DNA of 64,000 bases from Lytechinus pictus (taxonomy: Eukaryota): assembly GCF_037042905.1 (NCBI RefSeq), contig NC_087252.1:496001-560000 (forward strand), written 5' to 3'. Shown in pieces: positions 36,352 through 49,920 of this stretch; within the stretch, counting starts at the first letter, position 1; each line of letters opens with the position of its first letter. Made by a program: the position numbers and the translations under genes. Below the pieces are notes generated by a model. It searched no databases and had not been told where the DNA came from. It saw nothing but the letters and a program-made list of their open reading frames with translations.

Positions 36352-38374
36352 TGGAGTCGGATACGTTGGTGTAACCATGGTAACTATGCGTATAAATACA
36401 GCATATTGCTTTTTGGCGCGTTTATGGTGGACATCCTCTTCAGCGATACAGACACACCGACGAAACTGACTCCAAATCAACCAATGATGTGCCTTCAAAA
36501 TAATGTAATAGATTTAATAGGTCAGGGACGGGTTTGTTGGTAAGACTGTATCATTACTGCCCGTTATGAAAAGTTCGAAAATTATGCCCGTGAATTCGTG
36601 TTGGGGTGATCATTACATACTAAAACCATAGAGCTATGCTAAAACAGAAATAAAATGTAATTTGATTCTCTACAAATTCCTGAATGCGTTGAGTTTCTTC
36701 TTTCATTTTATCTTAATTTCAAGCTTACCTTTTTTAAAGAGACAAACGTATAAAAAGCGCATAGAGAGTAACTATATAACGCGCGATATAATTTATCTTC
36801 GTCGTTTAAATATCGCAATTACTAGTAAGGAAAGAATAGAAACACATTTTTATTTTAACCAATCATAACTATGCATTGCAGTTCCATGCATGACCACCAA
36901 TTGTGATAGTAGACCTATACATGTATAAGGGGGGGGGGGGTAAAAAGAGAATTGAAATCGGGAGAAAAGGCGATGAAATGTGTAAACGGCAAAACAGTTA
37001 TAATTAAAACAGTTTGCTTGATTGCGCAATTCTACAATTACCCTTAATTTTTACGTATATAAATGGTTCAATCACAGCTAGCTTTGGGCCATTTTGCCCT
37101 TCCCCATCATATGAAATCGTTTCTTTTATTCAAGCTATATCATTTAAAGTGTATTGAAAAGGGATTATTTGATTGTGTAATTATACAATTAGCCTTATTT
37201 TTTATTTATTTATTTTTCTATATAACAATTCAAGCTTAGATTTAGATCATCGTGCTCTACACACCTATAAAAACGGTCTCTGCTTTTCCCTAGACACCCC
37301 CTCTCCCCTAGCCTGCCTTCCCCTCTCTTTCCCTTCCTTTTGTCGTGTTTGGGATCGGTAATATATAAAGGGAAGCTTAAATGAACATAGATGATGAACT
37401 CTGAAGAAAGTTATTTGCAGTTCAAAATCACGGGGAATTTAATAATCAATAATCAGCTACAGTTTACAATAAAAAAATGTTGTGGTCCCCCCTTAAATGT
37501 TTGGCTTCCGCCGCCAATGGAAGTACATGAAGATATCAATGAAGATTCAGATAAAAACAGGAGACGATGAATATAATAATTTCGAAGTCTAAGATTAAGA
37601 TTCTGAAGTTAAAATAATATTGGATGAGCGTCTAAATCTTGAAGTCAGTCAGTCTATATGGATGAGTGTCAGTGGGTCTAGTATTATCTCTTTTCTCTAA
37701 TATTCAAGAAGTCTTATTTATATCATTGGTTTTGGGGTGTAACAATATAAGGTGGGAGGGATCTAAACTTGATCTGATTGGACTACATGTAACTGTCTCA
37801 AACTTTCTCTGTTATAAGGGGGTGTTATGTGATGATGCTCTGTGCAAGTGACTGGGGCTGGAAGTGTGAGTCATACATCTTTTGTTCCTTGAAGTTGGGT
37901 TGGTCTTTTTGAATTGAATTGAATTGAATTGAATTTATTCAAACCAGTCAAAGGAGATCAAAATACAAACAAAATAAATGGTTACATTATAAAGAACTAA
38001 AACAAATGACAGGTTTGGGACCCCAAAGAAGCACAGCTTGTAATCAGGGGCCCCTGCATAAGATATTTTACTCAAACATGGAATAACTATGAGAATAAGA
38101 AGAAAAAAAAAATACAAGGTATTTAAAGATCACAACAGGAACATTACCATTTATGGTCAGGGTTTAGGAATTAAATGGTATTGGGGGTTTTGGGATTCTT
38201 AGATGACATTGGGGAAGTTTGCAAACAAGTGAAGGTGAATGACTGAAAGGATAACAGAAAGTTAAAAACATACTACATGATACTTTCTTTCTCCCCCTTC
38301 CCTTTTTCTTTCCCTTTAGTTTATTTTCATACTCCTTTTTCTCGGTCTTCTCGCATTTAATCAGGTCATACCAG

Positions 38375-38541
38375 GGGGCCGTTTCATAGAGATGTTCGTA
38401 AGTTAAGAGCGACTTTATGAACGACTGGTGAACCCTTCTTACGTGCTACGTGCTAAACCATCGCCAATTCAATATACCATTTACCACAAGAAAGGATCAC
38501 CAGTCGCTCTTAACTTACGAACAGCTTTATGAAACACCCAC
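38375..38541. mobile_element. PIF/Harbinger-like MITE
   Basis: Same family as 33438-33596. Confidence 0.75.
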
Positions 38542-39015
38542 CAGGCATTTTAATTCTTATATGTTATCTCTCCATTTGCATGATATGCCAATCACAAATA
38601 AGAAAAAACATACAATATGTTTGAAAGATTGATAGTTATATCTTTTCATTTATCTTATCCCCTAATCCACTTTGATACGCGCTGATAAAAAGCGCGGAGC
38701 CTCTACAAAATATTAACTTAATAAATATCAAACCAAATCTGAAGACAAATCGGAAACAAGATTGCTGATGTTGCTTGTATAAAGGTGTGGGTTTCTTAAA
38801 TCTCATAGTATCTCTCATTAGCATTCCAAGTGTGAAGTTGAAATCCTTCCTAATTCCATAAAACGTATAGATTTACAATATATATAGACATAAAGAAGTA
38901 ACATTTAACGACAGCAGCATGACGGTGGTAGAATATCTAGATTCCAGAATCAATTGAAACAATTGATTGTCAAGGGGGTTATATCCACCTCTGCCGCAGA
39001 AAGAGTTGCGTTTAA

Positions 39016-39483
39016 AACCCCCGTCACACTAGAGGCGGAATGAGCCGGAATGCCGTCGGAATGAAAATTCTTGGTACATTCCTGGATATTCGAAGCGCAT
39101 TCTAAAAATTCTGACTGCATTCTGAGTGCATTCCAGACATTCGGGTCCATTCTTGTGACCGGCCCGAATGTTTTGCTCATGTTCAAAACTTTCGAAGTGC
39201 ATTCGAAGTGCATTCTGACTGCTCTCTGACTGCATTCTACATATTCTTACGACATTCTTGTGTTCCGACTGTATTCGAGCTGCATTCGACAGTCAATACA
39301 CCCGGAATGTGCAAGAATCATTCAAGGCGGGATCGAAGGACGTTCTAAGTATTTGATCGACATTTTTGCAAAAGTAGTGAAAATTTCAAATTCCCTCCCG
39401 AATGTGGCACGAATTTTGAAAGTTCTTCATTCCGGCTGGTTCTGCTCGATTCCTGCTGATTCCGAATAAGTGTGACGGGGGTT
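39016..39483. mobile_element. PIF/Harbinger-like MITE nested in the MITE at 38990-39602
   Basis: TIR aacccccgtcacact / agtgtgacgggggtt with TAA TSD; the empty site is visible in the copy at 36231-36240. Confidence 0.85.
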
Positions 39484-39915
39484 TAAATGCAAGTCAAGAA
39501 ATCGATCGCAAGTCCCAAATGCGCGCTATTGATTGGTTGAAAATCAAGTTGCGCATGATTTTTAGGGTTGCGATTGATTGCAACTCTTTCTGCAACGGGC
39601 CCAAGAAAAGGGTTATTTCTTTGTCGCATTTTGATACAGATCTTTTAAGTGCAGTTTGATGATATTAATTCTCAGAAAGCAGATTTTTAATATGATTAAC
39701 ATGGTCTAAACAATTCGGAATTTTTACAATTGTTTCTTGAGCGATTATTTTGACAGCGCCAACTCCGCAAGACAAAATCAATGTCTGAAAGATTCCTCAT
39801 CGGATATACTCTCTTCAAACAGTATGCAAATCTTAATCATGTTTATGGTGCTATCATGATATTCAACACTGCAAGTTTGACTCTTTGATCAGCTAAGTGT
39901 AGGCTTGCAAACTAT

Positions 39916-40403
39916 AGGGGAAGCTCACCCTGACGAAAAGTTTGTTGTAAAATTGCAAAAAATAATGATAAATATCGCCGAAGGTTTGAGAAAATCCATC
40001 AAAGAATAAAAAAACATTAGAATTATAATTATTCGATTTGTGACGTCATAATGCGAGCAGCTTTCCTACGTATCGAATGGTAAAAATCAATTAAATGTAA
40101 TTTTCTCAAAAAAAATTAAAATGACTTTTAATGTACGTTTAGTATGATCAATAGACAAATTATTTCACACCCATTCCTAGAGAGAAAACAAAATTAAGTC
40201 ATCACGAACCATTAAAAAATTGAAATTTATGCACTTTACATAACATATGGGGCAGCTGCTTGTTTATGACGTCACTAATCCAAAATGTAACATTCTTATA
40301 ACTTCCTTAATCTTTAATTGATTTTTCTAAAACCTTCATCAATATTTGTTTTAATTTTTTTCTGCTATCTTTACAACAAACTTTTCTTCAAGGTGAACTT
40401 CTT
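39916..40403. mobile_element. Kolobok-like MITE
   Basis: aggggaagctcaccctgacgaaaagtttgttgtaaa ... tttacaacaaacttttcttcaaggtgaacttc; terminal fragments also near 1795 and 15231. Confidence 0.75.
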
Positions 40404-40968
40404 AATCCACCATGAAATTTTAACTCCAAAGTGTGCAGTGTTAATATAAAAACATGGTGTTGTAAAATAACAACAAAGGGTATTGAACTAACACCATTAA
40501 TTCAACTTCGGTGTAAAATACACTCTTTTTGGCTAAACACCAACATGCCAGTGGTGTATAGTTTAAACACTGCCGCTATCTTTGAAGTTTCCAGGGGTAC
40601 CTTAATGAAGGTGCACAGAAATCTAATTGATTTGATCATAACATTTCTACCCCCTTCCCCGAAAACAATACAAAGGGAATCAAATATATGAAATATATAA
40701 ATTAAGAAATTAAACAAAAAACACGAAAATAAATATGTAAACCTAATCACTGTTTTTCTGAACAATGGAAGCTTTCCATGATCATTGATTATTTTCGTTT
40801 AATGAATAAGAAAAATATATTTCTTTCCAATTGTTTTAAGAGAAAATTTAATATAAAACTTAGGCGTCTGACGCATGTTTGCAAGGTCTGCATGTCAGCT
40901 GCAAATGGTTAGTCGAGTAATTCAGAAAACAATGACTTTTTTCTTTCAAAACACTAAGTTTAACTTAC

Positions 40969-41280
40969 CTGAATCAGTAGATAAAGAAGAAGGATCCACG
41001 AATATTATATGAGTGATGAAACTTGAAGAAAACAGATCGAGAAACTACGATGGATGAAGAACGAAGTACGAGCTATATACTTCTTGAACAAACTTTGATG
41101 TAAACAAAGTCAGAAAAGACGATGGATGAAGAACGAAAACTACAAAGTTATGAATATTTCTTCCTGAAATACTTGACGAAATTATTGATGGAGAACGAAA
41201 ACTCTGAGGTAATACTTCCTTAGTAACTAAAAGATCTCCTCTCTGGAGTAGCTTTTCGTTCGAAAGTGAAAATGGATGGT
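40969..41280 (-). other. Probable non-coding first exon (5'UTR) of the prepropeptide gene
   Basis: About 310 nt with no ATG on the minus strand, ending at a consensus donor CAG|GTAAGT; GATAAAA TATA-like motif about 30 nt upstream (~41306-41312). Confidence 0.5.
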
Positions 41281-41604
41281 TGCTAGGATGAGAGGATAGA
41301 GGCCGGTTTTATCGCATCCATTCCGCATCACTGGTCTCACCGTTGAATTAAAGATTGATGAGTGTATACTGTGTTTTTAAAGTCGTGTATGCGCATGCGC
41401 CAAGAGGGTTGACGGGAACTTTTTCCCAGGCAGGGGCGGATCTAGCTTTAACCAAGAAGGGGTTTGACCGAGAAATTTGAAAGGGGGGGGGGGGGTAACT
41501 GTATTTGAGGTTCCCTCTAACCCCCCCCCCCCCGAAGATCCGCCACTGCCGGGGGGGCACCCGTTCCATTCCCCTTTTCTCCTTCTAATTCTCCCTCAAC
41601 TTCT

Positions 41605-41712
41605 TCAGTCTTCTTCTTCATCATCATCATCATCATCATCACCATCATCATCATCTTCTTCTTCTTCTACTTCTTCTTCTTCTTCTTCTCCTTCATCTTC
41701 TTCTTCTTCTTT
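41605..41712. repeat. (TCT)n/(CAT)n microsatellite
   Basis: Direct inspection. Confidence 0.9.
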
Positions 41713-43111
41713 TCGTTTTTTCATCCTTCACAATCATTGAAGTATATGTAATACATTTTTTTCAATTGGATAAATACATTATCCGCTTGAAATTTTGAGA
41801 CGTTACTGAAGTGCAAGATATGGTCACACCCCACCCCCACGTGGAAAGACATTCAAAGTCAAGACGGTTTCTTTAAAAGGTCTTTTGGGGTTAAACATGT
41901 CTACTAATTTCGCACTTTAATATCTTTTTAATGCTAATTTTCGAGGAGGTAAAATGTTGACGGCCTTTTTTTTTTTTTTGGGGGGGGGGGCCGTCGACAA
42001 TGTTTGCTTCTCTCATTAATTTTTTGCGTAGGTATCGACCCATTCTACCTCACCTGTGACCGGTTTTTCAACGAGAACCAAACCTTTCACAAAATCAATT
42101 TGTTTATTGTTTGTTATTTTAGTTATCTTTTTTATCAAATTACTGTTTACATGGTGCTTTGATTGATACAGAAGAAAACTGTAATTTCCCCTTTTCCATT
42201 TTTGTCAAAAAATAATGCAAGCACGTATCCATTCGCCTTTGGAGGTCATGAACTGTAAATACAACACTACCGAAGCCTTGTTGGAGGGTAATTAGGTGAT
42301 TTGACGTCGTGATGGAAAGGATAAACGACTTCTCCTATATTCACCCCCTCCCCGGTAAATCTTTATTGTCTTTTCCCCACGTTTTGCCAATTTTATAGGG
42401 ACAAGGGGCCTAGTTCCCCTTTGTCGCCTTTATAATCAAGTAAGCAATCTTACGATATACGAACAGTAAGGCCAAGAAATGAATAACGAGTCATTGTCAG
42501 CGGTTTAAACAGAGCCCCCTGTCATTGCCTGTATAACGTAATTACTGCGGGAAAGATTTTATCATCATTCCAGGACCCGTCGGAAATTGATTTCTTCATA
42601 ATCGTCATTAAACTGCATGGATTCTGAAGAAATATGACAGAAAATCCCGCTGGGTTGTGAATAGCTGATATAGTAATTATTTTACCACAAAACAAGGTTA
42701 GTGTGTCGTTGGTAAAGTAGATCATTAAACTAGAGCGATTAAGTAAGTCACATAGTTATTAACAATATCGCTCTATTTTTCTAATTCATTCTGGAAATTA
42801 AAATCATTTTTTTATAAATCTTCTCGAACATATAAAATGTTGAATATCAGAGGCATAAAGATAAGTATATTTTGACATCCTTAATTAGTTCAAAGTCTGA
42901 TTACTTTATATTTTGTTCTTATTCTTTCATTCATTTAAACATCTCAACTTTGCTATTTTACGTTTGAATATACATATATATATGTCTGGCTTAATACATA
43001 TATATATTGGCGAAGAAGCTCAAAAACCATTGAAGCTAGAGACGTAGCCAGGATTTCTTCAACTTTTATTAGTACAAGCTTTCGGCCATTTAGTTCCTTG
43101 CTCATCACAAT

Positions 43112-43138
<27 letters not shown>

Positions 43139-43143
<5 letters not shown>

Positions 43144-44370
43144 TAGTAAGGTGTGGAGTGCCCCAAGGCTCAATATTAGGCCCATTATTATTTCTTTTAT
43201 TTGTAAATGACATGTGCAATATTTCTGAACAATTTGAGCCAATATTATTTGCGGATGATACTAGTGTGTTTATGTCCCACCATGATATCATTACTCTACA
43301 AAATAACTTTAATACTGAATTCGACAAACTGGTTGTCTGGCTTAATAATAATAAACTTGTGCTTAACCAAAAAAAAAAAAAATTCATGACTTTTACAAAA
43401 AAACATATTGATGCAACCCAAATAAAATTAACTATTGACAATAAATTAACATGGAATGAACACACTAGTGTCATCTGCAATAAAGTATTCAAACGTATTG
43501 GTTTATTTTACAAACTGAAATCTTTTCCTAAAGAAACTCTAATGATCTTATACAACACGTTGATATTGCCACATATGTATTACTGTATTCTTACATGGGC
43601 ATGCTCTAGTATGCAAAATACAAATAGACCTTTAGTGCTACAAAAGAAAATTATAAGACTTGTTTATCACAGCCAATACCTTGCCCATACCAACCCTATA
43701 TTCTTCAATCTAAAGACTTTGAAAATGCCTGATATATATGTATACCAATGTGCAATATTTATGTATTTATGTATCCATAAATTATTACCATCTATTATTT
43801 CATACTTCCAACTGAACAGAAATATTCATGAATATGAAACTAGGCATTCAAATAATTTTCACTTTCCTTTAACAAAAACTTTAACCTATCAAAATACAAT
43901 TTTTTATGAAGGTCCCTTTAATTTGTAATGAATTACTGATTACAATAAGACAGAGTCCAACGCTGGATACTTTTAAAAGAAAAATGAAATTTTTACCATT
44001 ACATAAGTACCTCTTAAATGTAACAGTTTGATATTTTAAATAAGAAATGTATGCGTGTGTGTTTGCGGGTGTTTGATTACGAATGGTGTATGTGTGTTGA
44101 TGTATGGGTGTATGATTTAAATGTACTATTTTCAATTAATTTTACTTTGCTACTTATAATCAACAATTCAAAATATAAATCTTCTGATCTGTATGGAGAT
44201 TGTCTTTTAATATAAGGCTCTGCCTTTCTGCCTCTCCTAATACTTTCATTTGTACATTTGTATTACTTGTTTTGATATATTTTCTTTATCTATACTCCTT
44301 TATATGTGTGTATATATTTACATTGTTATATGTTTTTTAATGAAAGTATTGAATAAATGAAAAAAAAAAA
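43139..44370 (+). mobile_element. 5'-truncated CR1/L2-type LINE (RT C-terminal half, degenerate)
   Basis: GVPQGSILGPLLFLLFVND, LFADDT, TIDNKLTWNEH, LQKKIIR motifs; AATAAA plus poly(A) near 44352-44370; (TA)n on both sides. Confidence 0.92.
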
Positions 44371-45394
44371 ATATATATATATATTTCCATTTTCGTACAA
44401 TCGCCTCATTGTCGCAATAGAGAGCAAAAAGAACGAATTCCGTGAACGAAGTATGCGCAGATGCAGATTATGTAGAAACTTTTATGCGCATTCCACACCT
44501 TTATTTTTATTGTTTTGGTATGTTATTTTTATATATTGTGTATAATTAATATTTGTGAAATTTTCTTTTATGCTATATGAGGACCCTTCGGTAGACCAGA
44601 AACAACATGATTGATGCTGCTGAGCAAGGCCATCCTCCCGTTTTCATTTATGAATTTCACATGCATCATCATATATGTAATGTTATTTGTTTTTAACGGA
44701 ATTAAATTCAACCAATTCAATCAATCAACCTGACACGTGCATGAGCAAACTTTATAGCCAGAACTTATCGCATGTACGCACTAATGCTCCTGGATTGTGA
44801 TTATCTATTAATCAATATATTTTATTTATTTATTTTTTCACAATGTCAAAAAAGTACATTAACATGAGTAAGGACAAAATGCTACAATAAAAGCTTAAAG
44901 CTTGGTTGCTTGAAACACCTTTAAAATTTATTTTTTATCATTCACGGCCCTGGGAATGATTTTTGGCTTGGAGTGCTGAAGTAAATTTGAAGCAAAAAAA
45001 AAAGCAAAATAAAAAAAGATACCACTACAAAGTGAAGACCATATTGGACCCAAGGAATTGACAAGCAAAAAAAAAAAAGGGGGGGGGGTAATTACAAAAT
45101 GTTTGTCTTTTTCCTTATATTTTTCCCATTTGCCACACCTAGAAGAATTCCGGGGGGGGGTGCTGCCTATGGAGAATAATGCACACAGCACCCCCTCTTC
45201 CCTGGGCCATGTATCACTTAAAATACAATAAACAATAAAAATAAGGAAAATGAGAGATAATACGGCGTCGGCTGGGGTGTACTGGGTGCACATGTACCCT
45301 CGCGCTGAGGCAGAGGAGTTCCGACACTGGCAAGCAAAACGAAATTCGCACCCCTTTCTTCATGTTCTTCTGCTTTCAAAAGCTGATTTTCCAA

Positions 45395-45487
45395 ACTTTA
45401 GTTCCACCTCCCCAAGATGTGCACCCCTCCCGATACCACTTTAGTTCTACCTCCCAAGATGTGCACCCCTCCCGATACCACTTTAGT
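45395..45487. repeat. 42-bp tandem repeat, about 2.2 copies
   Basis: actttagttccacctcccaagatgtgcacccctcccgatacc twice. Confidence 0.85.
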
Positions 45488-47624
45488 CATGTTAGTTCCA
45501 CCCCCCCCCCATTATGTGCACCTCCCCATGCTCAACCCAGCCTACGCCCTTAGATAAGAAGAACAAGGGAAAAAATGAAGGGTTGTCTTGACATTGAACA
45601 GTTAAGAATCAAGTTGTTATAAATATATGGCAATTTTGTAAATCAAACAAAGTTAGGTTTTTAATTCTCCATTTACAACGAAAAGTAAGGAAAAATATTT
45701 AAAATAACTCACATGCTTTTGCGCATTTGACCGATTCTGCAATTTTGACTGCAATTTTGACAGGAGAATGCTTTTTAAAGTTAATTTGAAAGAATGTGAG
45801 ATTTTCAAATTTCGAATATTATCTGGGTCCGGGAGAATTCCAAGCATCTGAACCGCGATGTCAGATTGTTTCATGTGCTAATGCGGTAAGGGATTAAATC
45901 GTGTACGTTCAATGATCAACGATCATTATCACATCAGTTTAGTTCGCTTTCATTAGAATGTGAAATGACAATCTGTATTACAATTGAAATTATCATTTTT
46001 ATCATAACTTAATTATCATTACTATTATCAAAACTGTTTAAATCATTTATAGTGATAGTGTTGTTCTTAGGAGTATAATAATAATAATATTTTAATGTTT
46101 ACTATATACTCTTTTGGGTAACATTTGTTTTTCTTATATACATTATATTTTTATCATAAATCATCGAGAATCCCAGTAATCAAAATTGAATTGAATTGAA
46201 AATTCATTATCCCTTTACGGAAAATTTGTCTTCACTGGTGTATTACAATAAGGTATAAGTTTACATATGAGATGACAAATATAAATCAGCATGTCAGCCG
46301 AAATAATCAATAAAGACTGACCTGATCCCAATATAAACTTAAAAAATTAGCTAAAATAAATACTAAGAATTAAAAAAAGCCAAGTATTATGTAAACATAT
46401 TGATTAAGAATAAGCTCCGATAGCAATAAAATATGAAGGAGTGTTTGATAGAGAAACCAACGAATCGAAATTGCCTCACAGCCTTACCCTATGGCATAAT
46501 GAGCCAAATATTTTTTTTGTGGGACAAGATATGGCGTTCCGGGCAAAATATATTGTAAAGAAAGTTGCAAGCGAGTCAACAACAATTTCGACATATTTTA
46601 TGACAAAAATCAAATTTTGTGATAGATTTTGGCATAATATTCAGAAGATAATATTACATTTTAATCTTCTCTTTCTTTTTCTTGGTCGTGATTTTTTTTT
46701 TTTAGGGGGGGGGAGGGGGGGGGGCAAGCGCCACAGTCCCCCCTTCTGTTCCCATCTGTCTCTACCAAACCATAAACCAATTTTATTGTAGTAATTGTGA
46801 TGTTTATTAATTTTTTTTTAGATATTGCTTTACATCTTAGACATGTCATGCACGTCGTAGCATGGGAACAAAAGAAAAAATATATACAAATATACTAAAA
46901 GTCCCATTTTTTACTGTTTCGCTTTTTAGCCAGGTCATTGACCAGAAGTGGAGTTATTTGAAAAAAGGAGTAATCTAAAAACAATTCTTAGAATCAATTC
47001 GACATCGATCATCATGATAATGCGGTGTGCCAATCATTTAATTTTCTGAGAAAGGTTTTAAAAGCTTGAAGACTGTGATTAATTAGATGTGGTTTGCACG
47101 CATAGATTTACAATAACCCGTTATTTATGAGAGTTTTTATCACATATGTTTTGGAATATTACCGAGTATTCCAGGGGGAGATGATTATTGGAACCAAACG
47201 GAAAATATCCTTTAACCACTAAAGGACTAAAATTCGTGAAACTGTAGTGACCAAACTCATTTCTTTGTTTGCAATTGTTTGAACTTTCATGATTTCAACA
47301 CAACCCGGAATGTTGTACAGTGGTAAAAAAAAAAAAATGAAAATGTAGAATTAAGGAATGAGATTGGTCACTTACAAAACCAATCATTTAACGTTTTGTT
47401 GGTCAAACTATTGACTTAAAAGATTTAATAAAAATAAAGAAAATCCTGGCGCACTGATGTATATACTAACGGAGAGGGAGCGCTTGAGGTGGTTATCCCA
47501 TGTCCAATTCAATGGAATTCTAAATTATTTGAACGTGCAGAATTTTACATTTCTATATTCGATGCCAGAGACTTTGAAACATGCAGGAAATTTCAAAACA
47601 TTCCATTCTTTCTTTATTTTTTTT

Positions 47625-47732
47625 TCTTCCTTCCTTCCTTCCTTCCTCCCTCCCTTCCTTTCTCCCTCCCTCCCTCCCTCCCTTCCTTCCTTCCTTCCTT
47701 CCTTCCTTCTTTCTTTCTTTGTTTCTTTCTTT
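47625..47732. repeat. (TTCC)n microsatellite
   Basis: Direct inspection. Confidence 0.9.
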
Positions 47733-49333
47733 GATAATCAAGTAAGGTATTCTGGAGATACAGGCATGGAAATTTTGTCTTAGAACTGGACAAGATATTC
47801 ATTATGTAGTCATGACGTAATCTATTAAATTTAAAGTAATTCATATCGCCTTTCTCAATCACAAACACAATATCGTATCAAGTAATCGCAAAACTCAATT
47901 ACACGCAAATTAAGCATATTCCATGTGTAATCAAGAAGGCCGGAAAGCATCCTGGGTAATTGAAAACATTTGCCATTTATTTTCTCCACATAATATATAC
48001 GCTGTTGATTATGTAATTCATTCTTTATTGCAACATGGAATTAGCTACAGCGAGGAATCGTCATTCTTCGAAATGCTGGGTATTTGCTCACGTTTATCTG
48101 AAATTAATGTTACGCATTATTTGGCTTCAGCTGGTAGGGATGATTAAAATATCATTCATTCCGTTCTAGGAACATGAAATTGAATCTGCAGCGAGAAATC
48201 TACCTTCTTTGATATGATTGTATTCACCGTGTAAGAAATAAAAGCACTTTGGGTGGTTTATTTTAGATCTAAACTCTGTCATAAAAAAATAGCCTCTTCC
48301 GTTGATCGTCTTGTGTCGATATATTTCAATGCAGGCCCCAATATTAATGAGGGGCGGTGATACCGACCCCCCCCCCCCAGAAAAATTTGTCATTAAGGGA
48401 GAAAAAAAAGGAAAGACAAGGGGATGAAATAATGATATCATATTTTGTATATTATCTTTAAAATCTATCATAAAATTAGATAAAAGCTATAGCAACCAAG
48501 AATTTGAACCCTATTTCGTGACGTTTCAGAAACATGTTATCTGATTTGTCCCGATAATTTGTAAAAAACGGGTACAAACTGACCTCATGAAAAAAATCCC
48601 CTCTTTTTGAATTACTATAACATAGAACATTCTACCTGGTTTTTAAAACTATCCCTTTATTTTCGAAAACTCAGAATACTATTACTGATTGAAAACAAAA
48701 ATGCAAAGGAAGAATACACTCTTTGATTAATTTCGAATAATGCCCTTTGCCCTCTTCAAACTCGCGTACTTTATATTTATGCGAACATTGTTTAACAAAT
48801 GACACATATTAAAGCGAAATTTTGGACTACCGTGAACACACCTTTGAATAGAGACTCGCAACACAAAGCCCTTTCCAAGTCATATTTGTTTTCATGTTGA
48901 TAAAGCTGCTGGTTATAAATCTTGATTAATATCTTTATTTGTATTTCGTCTATTTAGTGTGTGTTAAAGGATCTTACCCTCAGTCTGCCAGGGGGGGGGG
49001 GGGGCAGGGAGCAATCACCCTTACGGTTTTCAAGTAGATAAAGAATAACTAGGGGAAATGCCTGGGTGGAAGAGGACATGAACGAGCAAGACCATATCAG
49101 ATATGGTCTTGCTCGTGTAACTTGGGGGATTAGAAACCAATACCATTACCTAATGTGAAAAAATCTTGGAGTCATCTTTGGGTCGAATTCTTCAACCTCT
49201 ACCAAAACACACTGGATCTCTGTATATTGTCTCCAGTAAGGTATAGAGGTTGAGTCACATGAAAAACCATAATATAGCCAAATAAATCATTAAACATTAT
49301 AGGCATTGAAAAATGTCTTAAGGATATCCTTAA

Positions 49334-49920
49334 AGGGATGGTCCGGGCTGAAAAAATTAATATCTTTATACAGAGTAGAATTCACTTTATTAGCAAAATG
49401 CCGAAAATTTCATCAAAATCGGATAACAAATAATAAGGTTATTGAAGTTTAAAGTTTAGTAATATTTTGTGAAAACAGTCGTCATGAATATTCATTAGGT
49501 GGGCTGATGATGTCACATCCCCACTTTCCGTTTTCTTATGTTATTATATAAAATCATAATTTTTTTCATTATTCCATACTTGTGTGAATAATATGTCTCC
49601 CTTATAATGACATAAGTTGCACCAATAAATATTTAATGCACTAAATCAGTTGTCAATCCAATTTTTCTAGTTCTTGGAGGATAAAATTTGAATTAATCTA
49701 ATTTCATATAATAAAATACAAAATAACAATACAAGTGGGAATGTGACATCAGCCCATCCAATGAATATTCATGACGATTGTTTTTACAAAATATTGCTAA
49801 AGTTTAAAATTCAATAACTTTGTTATTTGTTATCCGATTTTGATGAAATTTTCGGCATTTTGCTCAGTGAATGCTACTCTATTTACTAAGCTATAAATAC
49901 TTTCAGCCCGGACCATCCCT
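49334..49920. mobile_element. Kolobok-like MITE with TTAA TSD
   Basis: ttaa-agggatggtccgggctgaaa ... tttcagcccggaccatccct-ttaa; inverted arms about 190 bp. Confidence 0.88.
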
